From the NCBI GenBank assembly GCA_964247055.1, contig OZ176052.1:7564001-7628000 (forward strand): a DNA stretch of 64,000 nt, read 5' to 3'. Every line of letters starts with the position of its first letter. Position 1 is the stretch's first letter. Below the pieces are notes generated by a model that was given only the letters and a program-made list of their open reading frames with translations, was not told the DNA's origin and did not search any database. The position numbers and the translations under genes were made by a program. Positions 48,972 to 63,400 of this stretch are shown here, piece after piece. Source of the stretch: Paragordius varius. Taxonomy: Eukaryota > Animalia > Nematomorpha.

Positions 48972-51900
48972 AATTTTTGAAATCTTATCAATATGTTTAT
49001 ATAATTTTTATCATAGAGAATACATTAAAGCCTCTTGTTTTGCCTCCGGCTACAAATCAATCCATGATGATGGGTTCGACGACATCTAAAATTCATTCTT
49101 TCTTGACAATGAATAACAATATGAATAATAATAATAAGAATGCTACTGCAAATTCCCATAATGTTTTGCCGCTTCAACAAAACAACAATGCTTCCCTGCA
49201 GCTCAGTAATAAAGTTAAAAGTGGCGATAATAATGATTTGACGGAACCTATCATACAAATTGATGGACAATTTGATAAGGGTTTACTTTAGATATTTTAT
49301 ATTAATTGTACATCTTATAACCTTAATTTTTAGATAGATACATTACATATAAGAGGAGAGAGAATGGTTAAATATTAATAGTGATATTTTTATTGTTTTT
49401 AAAATACCACAAATATTATTTACCGATTATATTTAAAATAGTTTGGTGTTTTTAGTAAAATCCATACCGATTTCGATTTAATTTTACAGATCATATGAAA
49501 AACGATATGATTTTTAATAAACCAAAAATGTTTTTATCTTTTTTTTATATATAAATCGATTTTATGCTAAATTTATAGATAATTAATATAATAATATCAC
49601 ATACCGTTTTGATAAGATTTCAAATTTATAAAGTTTGTAATAATATGAATGTATTTTTGTATAATTAAATAAAATCTCTATAACAAGATGGTAAACGACT
49701 ATTTTATATCTTTACTTATATCGATAATTATTTGTTGGGCTATTTTATTTTTTAGGTATCACTATTTATTTAATTTCCAATTAAATGATTCAGCTTTCTG
49801 TTCGGACCATTAGAAAAATAAACTACTAGTATTGAATATAAATAATGATGTTTAATATTGTTTTCTAAAAAAATGGAAAAGTTTGTTTAAAACATATAAA
49901 AGAGATCATAGGTAACACATATATCAAGTACCATATTAGATCATAAAGTTATACTCATCGATGTGTATGTTTTAAAAAAGACAGAAGTTAGAGCCTCGAA
50001 ATTAAAAAGGCGTCAGTCATAACAAAATGTTTTTTTTTCATGTCTTATAATAATGCATGAATTTTAGGCAATAAAGAGGGCAAAAATAATAGACAGATTT
50101 TTCAGCTTGATGGGAAATACGATGATGAAGAGGATGATAATGTTAATACTCCTGCATCAGACTTTCGACGACATCACAACAATAAGTATGGGGATAACGA
50201 GAGTATGGAACCGACAAAAATGCAAAAAAACAAAAGTAATATGTTTATTGCGCAGCTCTAATGACTTTTTTTTACAGTTTTACTAGTTTTATTTTAAATT
50301 ATTGTGCCAGATGGCATATAAACATTAAAGAGTAAATCTATTGTCTAAAACAAAAAAGCGAAAAAATACCTTTTTTCTATGTGCACTAAATTTACACCAT
50401 TTGTACACAAGTGTTTACTGGAAATGCTATCTGGCAATATACTACCTAGCAATGTATATTTATTGAATAATATCAAAATTCACTTTTCTTAATTTTTTTT
50501 ACTAAATAAAGTCCTAGTTTTTGGGATACACCCTTTTAAGTTGGATGCTGGGTATTCATAAGCCATTACATATATTGAACCAACAACAAAACACAAATTT
50601 ATGTTTTTAAAGATTAATTTTTTTCCCATATTATTAATACGATTTAATTTATATTAAAAAGGTTTATTATAACAAAAATTTCTAGATGCCCTATTCAGAA
50701 ATTGGTTATAGAATGGGATCTCTGTATATTATTTTTTAGATTTGTATTTTTATCAAAATAATTTCCGAATTGGATGTCGCTAGATTTTTTCATCGCTTAT
50801 TTTTGTAACTTTTTTAAAGATATGGATGTAATGTTATTAATACAAAAACTAAAATTCCAATTAATATACCATTTACAATATTCACCCTCAAATAAATTTT
50901 AAGACCCTAAATTACCTATATTTTTAAAAATTAAAATTTCGTTTAAATTAAAATAATACTGAAAAAATAATAAATAATGCCGTAAGGACATATTTCATAT
51001 TCATAATGAGTTATAAGTTCGAAAACACATAATTTTTAGGATGAATTTGAATTGTTCAAGGGTGAATTTGAGTTCCAGGGTAAATTTGTATTGTTAAACG
51101 GTGAATTTGAACTGTAATTGGTATATATAGATATTTTATATGGTTTACCAAATTTTAATCAAAGATGAACGAGACATATGTAATTTTAATTTTATAAAAT
51201 CTGCCATTAAAATAAAAACTTGCCTATTCTAAGATGGGATTCTCTCTGTATCCACGCTTAACCATAGGATTAAAAAATAAGTGCTGTTTTTACTGCCTTA
51301 AAACCTTATGTGTAATCTTAGATTATAATAATTTTAGTTTAAAAAATTTATGATCAATATTCCAGCATACAATACAATTATTAGTATTTGAGCGATTAAA
51401 GATAGCTCATATATTTCTTAATCTCATAAATTATTTTATCCCTCTAAAATTTGTTTTAGAAACCAAAACCCAAACAAACAATAATAAAGATACCACAAAT
51501 AATTTTGATTTGGAACAAAACGCAAACACGGTTAAGGGTGGAGGGGGTAGTGTGATTGTTCATAACCCACAAAGCAAAAGTAATAAAATGCAAACCAAAG
51601 TAACAACTTTACCGGATAATTCCAAACAAGATAACGAAAAGAAAGGTAATCAAATAAAAAAAATAAGTTTATGAAATAATATAATTTGATATATTTTGGG
51701 GGGGGGGGGACTTTTTTATTTAAGGATTATAAAACGAAAAAAGATTGGTTAAAATTGATATTTAAGGATAAAAAATTAAAATTGTTTTGCATTATTAATT
51801 AAAACACAACCAATGATTAAAAATATAAGATTTTTAGAAGCCAACTATTCGTCAATTATTAATGCTTTTAGGCAAAAAGCGGAAAAATGTTAATCACACC

Positions 51901-54900
51901 AAGTACAATGACCAAGTTCAAGAAGGCGATATTGATGGTATTTTATAAAAAAAACATTTTTTATTACCCTGGATTTTTTGATATTTATAAGGAACAAAGT
52001 TGTAAATAAATAACACAATCATCCCCAAACGTAATAACTTAGGTTGTATATGATAAACATCAAGAATTTAAAAACATGGTGCATATTTTAATATAATACT
52101 AATCTTTTTTTTACTAATTATGATTTGTCTGTATAATATTCCTTTTTATATTTATTTTTAAAAAAGTTTTTTATTTTTTGCTCTTAGCACATAATATTTT
52201 TATGTTCCAGATGAGTTGGAAAGTTCCACTTTTGATGACACTAATCCGGTCAATTCTATGGGCCTTTCCTCCGTATCGAATACTGATACACCCGGTTTTT
52301 TTGAACCGGTCGACGATGAATATGATGATGATGACGATTTGATTGACAAAGTTTGATTTTCTTTTCTTTCATAAATATTTTTACATCAAGGGCAGGCCGC
52401 TGCATTTGCAAAAATATAGGGGGATTAGTAAATATTTTATTAGATATATATATATATATATGTATGTATGTAAAAAAATTGAGAAAAAGCTTAATTAATA
52501 TTTATTTCATCAATTTTTTTAGTTCGATGCCAATCGGAAAGAATTACTATAAAATTTTGTTTGAAAATATCAATTAACAAATATTTTCTAAGCACATTTT
52601 TTAAAATGGTATTTGTTTTTTTTATTTGGTAATTTTCCAAATTTTTCGTAGGCCTCACATAAAATCTCGGAGATCCGCATGTTAGACACTTTTTTTACAT
52701 TACTATATTTGATAATTAGTATTTTGGATTTTTGATCGGTCAAAAATAAAAACTAGTCTGACCGCTTATAATGCATTCCATGGTCATGTATGTATAACCA
52801 CAAATGTATATAAAATATTGCCATTTATAAACCGTTCAAATTGGTATTAATAAATCAAATATATTAAAATCAATCAAACTAATATTAATGAAATTTAACA
52901 TTTTCACTATCTTTTGTTATATATTAATTCTACTCAGGTCATCACATAGGTTTAAAAGTTTGACTTATTATTTTATTGGCGGTTACGGTCATGAATGTAT
53001 ATATTTTATAAGATTCATGGGCCTGCTGAATAAAAACAATGCTTGATAGTATGTACCATTTTTTGAAAAAACATTGAATAAAAATAGGTACTTACTATCA
53101 TGTACGTACTTAAGTTTTTAGTATGTGTAAAATGTTTATTTTCATTTTGTTTTATTGTTTGTTTTCGATTTCATTCATAATATGCGTTTGAAAAATTCAT
53201 TATGTAAATTAGAAAGTCTATTTTGGAAAATAAATATCGATTATTAACCCATTATTTTAAAAAATGCAATTATTAATACACATTTATTTATAAATACACA
53301 AAAAATAAATTTGAATAATGTTTGAACAATCGAATCTCGTTTCATTTTGCCAGCCTTGAGTATTTGGGTTAGATCAAAATTTGTTTCACAATCCTCCACA
53401 TATTCAATATCAAAATATGAATTGCTTTCGAAATCTGTTAAGGGTTCGTTAAGATATTTGGATACATTATGTAATATGGAACATGTTAAAATAAGTTTTG
53501 GTATTCGTTTTAGACTTATACGAATTTTGTTACCGAGTATGGGAAATCGGGCCTGCATCTGACCGAAAACCCGCTCGATAATACTACTTTCAGAACAATG
53601 AAATTTATCGATTTTTTTCTCGTTATCGATAATCGTATTTTTGAGGGTTAGAAGCCAGGGTGATAGTGGATATCCATTATCACCTAACATTTTTGTTTGC
53701 ACATATAAATATCTATACGAATAATATTATATTAGTTCATTACACTGCTCAACAAGGTTTTGCACCACCCCATTATTTTTGCATTTTCTGATACCTAATG
53801 GCATGGAAAGGCCAAAACAAAAAAGAAAATTGAGGCCATTAATAGGATTTTTCCAAAATTTAATTTTTAAATTTGTATTTAATTCAAAAATAACTATTAT
53901 TCCTTGTGTACATATGTTTGGATGGATGGGATGGATCTCTGTTGTCAAGGGGTCCCTTGCCCGTCATGTTTAAATATTCAAACAAGCAAGTCGATAGAAG
54001 TAATATTCCATGCATGGATAACAAATTCTAGGCATTAAATAAGATACTAAACTAGCTAAGAGCCAAAGTATTAAAAGTCTAAAAGGGGCTTATGTATAGT
54101 GTGATAGATATGGGCGGCTGCACAAGCTCTGCATATCCCCCAAGCGATCCTATAATTATGCCAGTGGCAAAGATAACAATAAGTAATCGTAAAGTCCGAT
54201 AAGAGAGACTTGCAAGCAAAATCGTGGCAAATTGACATGTCAAATTAACCAATTTACAGAATAAAGTTAGATAAATTCTACAATTAAATTGAATATAAAT
54301 TAGGTAAATACAAATGGTTCAACCCCATAACAGTAAATTCTACTAAAAGTGGCTACACAACATTCATCTGAAATTCAAAATACAAAACAACCAATAATTT
54401 TTAAAAAATAAGGTATATCTACTAGGTATAAATAGAAGGATTTTTTATAAAAACTAACTCAAGAGAAAAAGTCTAATAAGTACTCGAAAGAACGAAATCT
54501 AACAAAAAAAATATAGCCTATCTGAAAGCCGAAGGTTTAAACCATAGAATGCCTATTTTAGTATTTTTTTAAAAAATTTTTATATGTGTTAAAAATTCAC
54601 TTGAAAAAAAAAGACTAAATTTTGACGTTTAAGTCCGTACTATTTTTTTCTCTCTGATATTTAAATGACATATTTATATTCAAAAGATAGAGTTTAAAAC
54701 GCTTTATTAAATGATATTAAGTTTATAATATAATAACATTTTATTATAAAGTTATACTTAATTTTCTCTCGATTTTCTCTTGTTTTTGAAAAATTAAAAA
54801 ACCTATAAAATTTCAAAATTCTGATTGGCGGGATCAAAAATTTTTTCAAATTCGGTTTTAAAACACTGAAATTAGTCATAATTTAAAAAGTTTGAGTGGT

Positions 54901-57060
54901 GGTGCTTAAAAATGTCCAAATTTGTCGACTAGTGTTATGAATGATATAAATCCTCCAAAAAGATTCTGAATTAAAGATATATATAATTTTTAACCTATAC
55001 AAAATATGAAAAGGTCATTTTATCCTAGTCATAAATCGAATTTGAATAAATCAGTGGTTAATATAGAAAATAGCCGCATTCAAAAATATTCATACAAATA
55101 TATATATATGTATAATATATAAAATTTAAATGTTTATAATATAAAGTTAAGGTCATTATAAAGTATATAAACTCAAATTTTTTACACAAAAAAGAATTGA
55201 CGGAAGAAAATGATATAATTGTGGACATTCTCGAAAAAATCCAATATTTTTTAAAACGTAATACTATCTCAATAAAAAAACAAAGAAATGAAGTATACAA
55301 AAAAATACAAGTAGAAATTAAAAATATGAATGACAAATATATGAACAAATCCCAAATCAGAAAAAAAATCAACAACATGAAATCACAAATCAAATTAAAG
55401 TTCGATAATTCGAAATCTGGAATGAAAACAATTTTAAAAACCTGGGAAATTAAATGCAATCATTAATTTTTGATACAGAAAAACCTATCGAAAAAATACA
55501 GGGCGCGGTATATTCAGACGGGGAAATATTGATTGATGTAGATGATGACATAGAAAATCCGAGTATAATTATTATTTAAAAATAGAAATCAAATCAGACA
55601 CGAAGGAATCAAAACCGAGTATTTGTTTATATAATGGAAAGGTAAAAAAGAATCCATCTACAAGGAACTGATATCACTGCAAATTGAGCTCACAAAGCTC
55701 AAAATAGACAAAGAAAAAAAATTCTTATTAATAATATAACAAATGATATTTAATAAATATATTGATATGTTTATATTTATTTAAAAATACATATATCTTA
55801 ATATTTTTATGAAAATATAACCGATATTATTTTAAGTGAAAAAATAATAGTTTAAAATGTTGCCATTTACCAGCTTAAAAAAAACCAGTAGGTACTTGGA
55901 ATTTGTAAAAAGACAATTTTTATTCAATGATATTTGTCAGTATATACTGGTAAACATAGTACGTACTGGATAGTAAAAGCAATATATTTTTTTATTCAAT
56001 ACATAGCTAGTATATACTGGAAAAAACCTAGTTTTTAGTATATACTAGCTTTTATTCAGCAGGCCCCATATGAACGATAAAATAGGAAATAAAAAATAAA
56101 TTTATTAAAAAATCAAATTTTCGCCCAATGGCATCATTAGAAGTTGTTTAATATTAAATTTGAAATAATGTTATACAAAAATAAAATAAATTGAAATTAA
56201 ATAATCAATAATTATTTTTATATATAAATAACCGGTGTGATTCAAGCCTAATAACGGATTAATTTTAATGTATATGACAGTTATTTACAAATTTTAGAAT
56301 ATTTTTATTAAATTTTATATACGGTTGTTATAGGGCCTTGACGAAGCAGATTTTGAAGATTATGAAAATGATCTCAAAAATGAATCATCCTCTCCTACAA
56401 ATTTGGAGGTTATAAGCTTAAAATATAATCTAAAATTTGCCTACGTTTTTATTTTAAGCCTAATTTTTGTCAAATAAATGCCTTTGTGATTGATCATGTC
56501 AATAAAAATTTTTGCATTAAAGATGAAAAAGATATGTTTTAACCAGAATTTCATTTTTTCAAAAAATTACCCTCTTTAAATTATATGGGTTAATCTTTAT
56601 TATAAAAAGTAAAACTGCCATAAAATTTCAACAAAATAAACACAAATTTTTATATAAATAAATCGATTCAATGAACTTTAGGAGCCACTTAACTCAGGCG
56701 ATGATGTTAGCGAAGATCAGGATGCGGCTGAGCTCTTTGATACCGATAATATAGTCGTTTGTCAATATGAAAAGGTATATTTAGTTATAATTTTTTTTAA
56801 AAAAAACTCGCATCTGGACCATTTAAATCTTTTTCCAGTAAATGAAAACGTTCTCTTCTCTTCTAGATTGACTAGGAAAAGGTTTTTATAAATTAGAAAT
56901 AAAAAATGATTGATTGGGAAATCCAAATTTATGCATATTATATCACATATAGATTACAAGAAGTCGAAATAAGTGGAAATTTTATTTCAAAGATGGCATT
57001 ATGAATTTAAACGGAAAAGATTATGTCTTTCAACGGGCTTTAGGTGAGGCTGAATGGTAG
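46122..57060 (+). CDS. GTF2A1: General transcription factor IIA alpha/beta (large) subunit, 13 exons, 505 aa
   Basis: Exons 46122-46136, 46160-46261, 47252-47363, 47774-47859, 48459-48561, 49017-49280, 50068-50235, 51460-51645, 51872-51937, 52211-52350, 56334-56408, 56682-56774, 56953-57060 sum to 1518 nt in frame. N-terminal PKLYKSIIDDVV..SKDIFLDDG; C-terminal EPLNSGDDVS..LFDTDNIVVCQYEKITRSRNKWKF..GEAEW. Middle low-complexity exons are less certain. Confidence 0.93.
46137..46159 (+). other. 23-nt spliceosomal mini-intron (GTF2A1 intron 1)
   Basis: GTTAATTTTACCTAATTTTTTAG; joins MQNPV|PKLYKS and supplies the nearest plausible start codon. Confidence 0.85.
53244..54330 (-). pseudogene. Harbinger (HARBI1-like) DDE transposase remnant
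   Basis: LGDNGYPLSPWLLT, IERVFGQMQARF, CSILHN. Degenerate N-terminal part at ~54050-54250. Confidence 0.85.
55197..55580 (+). pseudogene. Harbinger Myb/SANT-like DNA-binding partner gene remnant
   Basis: Trihelix-like QIRKKINNMKSQIKLK, followed by KIQGAVYSDG; lies opposite the transposase inside the same TIRs. Confidence 0.7.
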
Positions 57061-57175
57061 TATAATTATATACCATGATTGCTAACAAATAACTGCACTA
57101 GCTTGTCTGCTTTTTTGGAATTTATTGATGTGCTCTATATATATATGATGATCAACAAATTTTTACTACATGTTA

Positions 57176-57207
<32 letters not shown>

Positions 57208-57433
57208 CAATATTTTATTAATAATTATATTTGTTTGTCATATTTTATCGCTCTCATCATATTATCCTTTTGATAGTCATCACATTATATGCTCATACAT
57301 TTTTTGCAGACATATCAAATCATCCCTATCATATATAATTCCAAATAAATTATTAATTTTGAAATATACAAAGGAATAAATTATGATTCCAACATTTATT
57401 AGATATTTACAAAGAAATAGGTATTTATAATTT

Positions 57434-60400
57434 TTATCTATAATCTTTCCGTTCGTTTTTTGCGGGCGATTTCAATGATATCATAATTTTTTTCTTTGGA
57501 GCAATTAGGGTAGGATTCAAAGACATAGACGACGAACCTATAAGGTAAAATGTATTAAAATAAAAATTTTAAGGATTCCATACGTGAATGAAATTACAAG
57601 AATTAATTTAGCAAACGTATAAATATAATTTGTGAACTTAATGGTTACTCAAAAGATCTTTTTGATAAAATACATAATAAAAGAACACGTAATAATAACA
57701 CATTTGTGGCGACAGCCATTTTACCTTACATTCAAAATGTCACCCCAAAAATTGGCAAAATCTTAAATAAATTTAATATTCGGTCAGTATACACACCTTT
57801 CAAAAAACTAATAAATTTTACAAAAGTTAAAGATCCAATTTCTCGAGATAAATTACCCGGGATATATAAGGCTACTTGCAATGAAGTTTACGTAGGCGAG
57901 ACAAGCAGATTCATTAATATTAGATTACAGAACACGTCTGCAACGAAGGCCACCAAATAATTAAAACCAAGGTACTACACAACATTAACAACCCCTTTAA
58001 ACGATTAATATTAGAAGCTATTGAAATTAAAAAGAATAATGCTTTACTTAACAGAGCGGATGGATATAATCTATCATCAATATGGACTTATGTTTTACGG
58101 TAACAACAACACAAATAATCACTCTTTATTATATAATATAATATTTACAACCAAGAACAATCCATTACACCCACTTAATTTCATGTATTAATTTTTTCCA
58201 GAATCTTTTAATCCTATAATTGTTTTTTACTGGTATATGTAGTAGTTCATTTTCATTCAAGATCATGGTAACATGATCGAAACATAAGTTTTATTAATAA
58301 ATTTTTTATTTGTTAATAATATATTCATACGTTTGCTAAATTAATTCTTGTAGTAAAATAAGTTTTAAAAAGAATTTTATAAATACCGGCGTTTGCTTTG
58401 GGTCGCGATTTTTCGACGTTTTCTGTGCCATGTAATTTTCTTTTACTTTTATCAGTTAGTTGTGATTCTAAATGCAATAAATATTTTTATATATTTAATA
58501 TTAATTTAATATAAAAAGCAGAAAATTATGGAAATATACTTGGGGAACTCCCACGAGTTTTTGGGTCATGTTTGGATTTAGCTAATTTATTCCGGTCATG
58601 ACTTGAATCCCGGTTTTTGTGGTGCATTTTAGGAACATCTAAATTAATAAAGAAAAAATAATTAAAAATTATCATTAATAACCAGATTTTTATGCTAAAT
58701 AATTTGAATATAATTATCTAACATAAAACCGAATTCAAATATCTTTTGGATAACGGTTTCAAAAAATAATTATTTATATTTATAATACAACAAGAGATTT
58801 ATTAACATTCCATTAAAATAGGAAACACTGATATTAAATAATTTGACCGAACAACAATTGATATTAAACGTGCGAATTTTTTTCAACCGGAACCGTTTGG
58901 TCTAAAACTCATTTTTTTACAAATATTCTTTGGAACCAAAACTAAAAACGGTTCCGGTTCTAATCTCTAAAAAATCTAATCAACCAAAAAAAATATATTT
59001 TTGTACAAATAATGCATAAACAAAATATCATTTGAAAACCTCGATTCCGTCGAAATGCTGGAGGGGGTGAGGGTGAATGAGAAACCATGGGTCTTTTTTG
59101 TTTTTCTTTATCTCTTTCTTGGATGGAATATAGCAGAGATTGCCTTTGTTGAGCCAATAATAAGTCTTCCACATTTTCATCTTGATTACGTGTCGGGTTA
59201 GTTGTTTTGCTATTAAAATATAAATAAATTCAGAGATTTAGTTTTTTCATATCATATATTGGAATCATAAAGTAGAATGAATAAGCATCATTAATTGTTA
59301 TTATTTATATAATTTAAATGATGGTCGTCTATATATATATACGATTATTCTTTTTTAAACCATTACAAAAAATAAATTTATTTTTTCCAGTTTGTTATGA
59401 GATGAGAAACCCAAGTACGCTATACGCTTAAAAATATGATTTATTTTAAATTTTACAAATGTCTACAAACATTTTTTTCCCAAAAACTATAAACATTATT
59501 TTATATTTTTTTTACCATAAATGATTTGTTTTGCAACTATTTTAAGTTAATATTTTTTAACATAGATATTGAAATTCGTTTAAATATAGATGAACATCTT
59601 CAATTTTTTATTTATTTATTTAAACAAAACTTTCGAATACTATAATTTTTTAAAAAAACTTTTCTTTTTCAGTATTTTTTCCATCGCCCAATATAAGATT
59701 TTGTAGCGTTGATTTCGTAAGAACCTGTTCTATACGTGTTTTGGCGGTCAAAATCTTTTCTTGCATTTGAGTTGCGGAATTCAAATCGTTTCCCGCACCC
59801 TTGTCCACCATGTTATCTTCGGGGTTTGTTGTAATTCTTATGGTCGATGTACTTGTAACATTGGTATTTACTAATAAAATATAAATCAATTATTTGGCAA
59901 GATTAAAACTTTGTTTATTTATTTTAGCATAAAGTTCTCAAAGATACCGTAAATTTTAATAAATGAAGAGCATATATGTCAAGTCAAAGTCATCGTTTTT
60001 CAATATAGAGTCCAAACTTAAAAACCAAGAGTTAGAAAGCTAATACTGTTTTAGACCTCCTAATATAATTAAGGCGTTGTTAAATACAGCATTATGGAAT
60101 ATAAAGTGGTTCCGCAACTCCATTTTAAACAATACACATCATATTGGTTACATAAAAAAATATTGAAAAATATAAATAAAATGCAATTTATAACGTTTGA
60201 TAGCTCTTTATTGAAAGTAAATAATTCATATCCATGTAATAAAAAGTTCCTACTTAGGATAGGTGAATCTTTGCTTTCATTTGATAAAATGCCCAAGGCT
60301 CTTTCCTCTTCTAAAGCTTTGCGAGCAATTGTTAGCGAATTATCCAAAAACTTTAGGGACATCTATACATAATATTTTGTTAATATTTTTCATTTTCAAT

Positions 60401-63400
60401 ATTGGATATGCCTTAAAAGCTAATAACCGAATACATTTACGAAATATATAAGAACGGATCTTTAAAAAACTTTTATAATTGAAAAATTTAGGTCATTTGT
60501 ATAGCAATAATAATAATATTTACGGGATTCCTAGTGTATAATTGGTAAAGTTGCAAAATAATTTCGTTAATGTCAGTTTCGGTAACATTGAATATTAAAA
60601 ACCAGTCGGGATCACTAGGTAATGGTATCTAAATATATGTAATTATATGACTAAAATTTAAATACGGTATTTTTTGTTTTTTTTTACTTTGCATATCGCA
60701 ATCGTTAATATTTTTAGAAATAATTTATATAAAAGTATGTTCTATTGTTTAAAAAGCTTTATTTGATTGTCTGAGTATTTGAACAAGCGATACAAGTTTA
60801 TTAAAAATTATATAACCTCCTTATACTTAAAAGATAAAGCATAATTATACAATTTTGGCCTTTTGAATTTTATTTCAATTGCAATATTTATTAGCTTCAA
60901 AATATTTAAATTGTCGTCGTCCATCACATCAATTTTCAGCCACATCAAAAGGTTTAATCAAACATTCGAATTTTTGCAAAATCTGTTGTCAATTTAACCA
61001 AAAATATTATTATAAACGGCAAAATTCAAAAAGGGTTGATAAATATTGTACAAAAAACTGAAAATGTGTGTGCGATACATTTATTATTGTATATTTTTAT
61101 AGATAAAAAACGGTTTAAAAATGTACGAAAAATACAAGTTTTAGGCTAATAGATATCGATTATATATTTTGTAAACAAGCGTTTTCTAAAAATTAGTGTT
61201 TTAAAATTTCGATCGGAAATTCGTTAAAATAAATATAGTTCAAAAAAATATTCGGATAACTACACTAGACAACAAATTTTAACTTTTTTTAACTGCCATT
61301 CTTGTAAATTTTAAATTTATTTCATTAAAGTACATAATTAATATATCTGAAAAGAAAATTGGTCTTACATGGAAGAATTTTTTTATATTAGAGTTTATCG
61401 ATAATTTTTGGCCCCGATTTAACATTAAAATCGAAATTTCGAAAATATAAAGTTTTAGATATGAAGCCATGTATTTAATATCATTCGAAAGAGCGCAAAA
61501 AACTGCATCTTTTAAATGGTAGTTAGTCATTTAAATCCATCGGATGTAAAAGTTATTTGGATTTAAATGGTCAAAATTTTCAATCCTTAAATAAGTCAAG
61601 AATTTTCACAGACAAACTAATTTGAAAATCATATAAATTATTTAAATATAATTATTAGGGTTATATCAGTATTTAATTTAAAAAATGTTTGGAAAAGCTT
61701 TTGGTTTGCTTTTTTAATAAAAATTATTATTATCATAAATATTTTACCTAGTGGATACTAAAATGCATAGTTATAACTGTAAATTTATTACATAATGGCT
61801 ATATAAGATCAAAAATACCTTAAACTTTGTTTTTATCTTTAAATTTTCGAAATTATCAGCCTTGTAAAGAAAATAAATTAATATTGATGAGATGGTAATT
61901 TTTAAAAAACAAAAAACTTATAAATGGCTGTTTTGAGTGACATAAAAGCAATAAAAAATGTTTTAATCAAAAAAAACTTTCTTGTGTTATCTTTTTTTGA
62001 CATTCATCTCCATCTAAACAAAGTTTGAGCTGTTTTCATCCATTAGTTTTAAAAATATAATAATTAAAAAAAATGCTCTCGCTTCGCGCGTTTGTCGCTC
62101 TTTGTGTCCAATATTAATTGTCGTTGTAATACATATTAGTATACATTTTATAGAGTTTTTAATACTCTTTCGAATGATATATTACAAATGGGCATTACTT
62201 GTATATTTTCAAAGAAAAACATTTTTTAGTAAAATTTTGATAAAGAGGGCGCATAATCAAAAAAATCAAATTATACAAAATTCTTCCAACGAGTTATAAT
62301 TTTTATTTCAGATTTACTGTTAAAATGATATTAAATATCAAAAAATGCAAAAAACTCGAGTGGCAGAAAAATTTGTTGTCTAGTGCTATCCTTCATTGAC
62401 TTTAATTAAATTTATAATTTACAACCTGTAATTGAACGGCAGCCAAATAAATACAGGCACAAGCTATACTCGGTGGTTGAAAACGAACATAAACATTTGT
62501 TTTGTAACTGTCATTTAGATAATTCCTACAAACGGAAAAAAATTGATGTCATTTAACAATTATATTATAAAATTGTTAAAAAATAAATATTACCAAGCGA
62601 TTTGGACAAATTTTTGATTTTTTTCACACTCCAGCGTTTGTAAATAAATTATGAGTAATTTGTGCGGATGTTGTGAGTGAACAGCAAAACCTAGCTCTTT
62701 CAAGATTCTGCGTTCGGCTTTTATTACTTGATTTTTGACATTAACGTAATACTGATCCAGTATCAAAGGAGATACTTTTCTAATTGGTAATTAAGAAAAT
62801 TGATGGTTAAGTTTATAATGTTTTTACATTAAATCAGACTGATTCTAATGATAATCCTTATAATACCGGCTGTTTAACTATTTGTAGTCATATTTAAAAA
62901 TAACTGGTCAAAAACATTTATGTTCATTAAATGATATAAAATATAAAGTATAAAATATTTTTAATTTTAAAAAATTGTAAAATATTTTGTAAAAATATCT
63001 ATTGGAATTCTTAACTGGCTGTGAACGTGATTAATGCATTTATGGTCAAATAGTTTATTATTTAAGAGTTTAAAACTAACGCCTTTAACTGAGATAGTTG
63101 GCTACCCTAAAGAGTGCGATTTCTATTTTGACTATGAAATGGTTAAATCATATGCATTTAATAACTTTTTCTAGGTTTTGGCAGAAAATTTTATAAGTGT
63201 AAATTGGCAAACATTACATTTTTCCCGTTAAATTTTTTTGGTAAAAGATGTCGCTCATATACAACAAAATAAAATGATATCCAAAGATCTATTTTTTCAT
63301 TTAAACTATTTCAAATCATATCAGTGGTTCGTTTTAACAAAATATTCGGAGGAACATATTTATATTCCCAAAATATTTTAAAAATATTTAACAAAAAACT

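Larger units (their letters stand above)
53019..56066. mobile_element. PIF/Harbinger DNA transposon (decayed, two divergent genes) in GTF2A1 intron 10
   Basis: TIRs GGGCCTGCTGAATAAAA / TTTTATTCAGCAGGCCC; 3-bp flanking repeat CAT/CAT; AGTATATACT subterminal repeats. Confidence 0.88.

Noticed and set aside
51040-51122. Four degenerate ~20-bp tandem repeats (GAATTTGA...GGT) in GTF2A1 intron 7
   Set aside because: Short and degenerate, probably a minisatellite or repeat remnant; no further structure supportable.
60780-61060. Possible hAT transposase fragment on the minus strand (LIKPFDV)
   Set aside because: Very short, interrupted by stops, with no supporting motifs.
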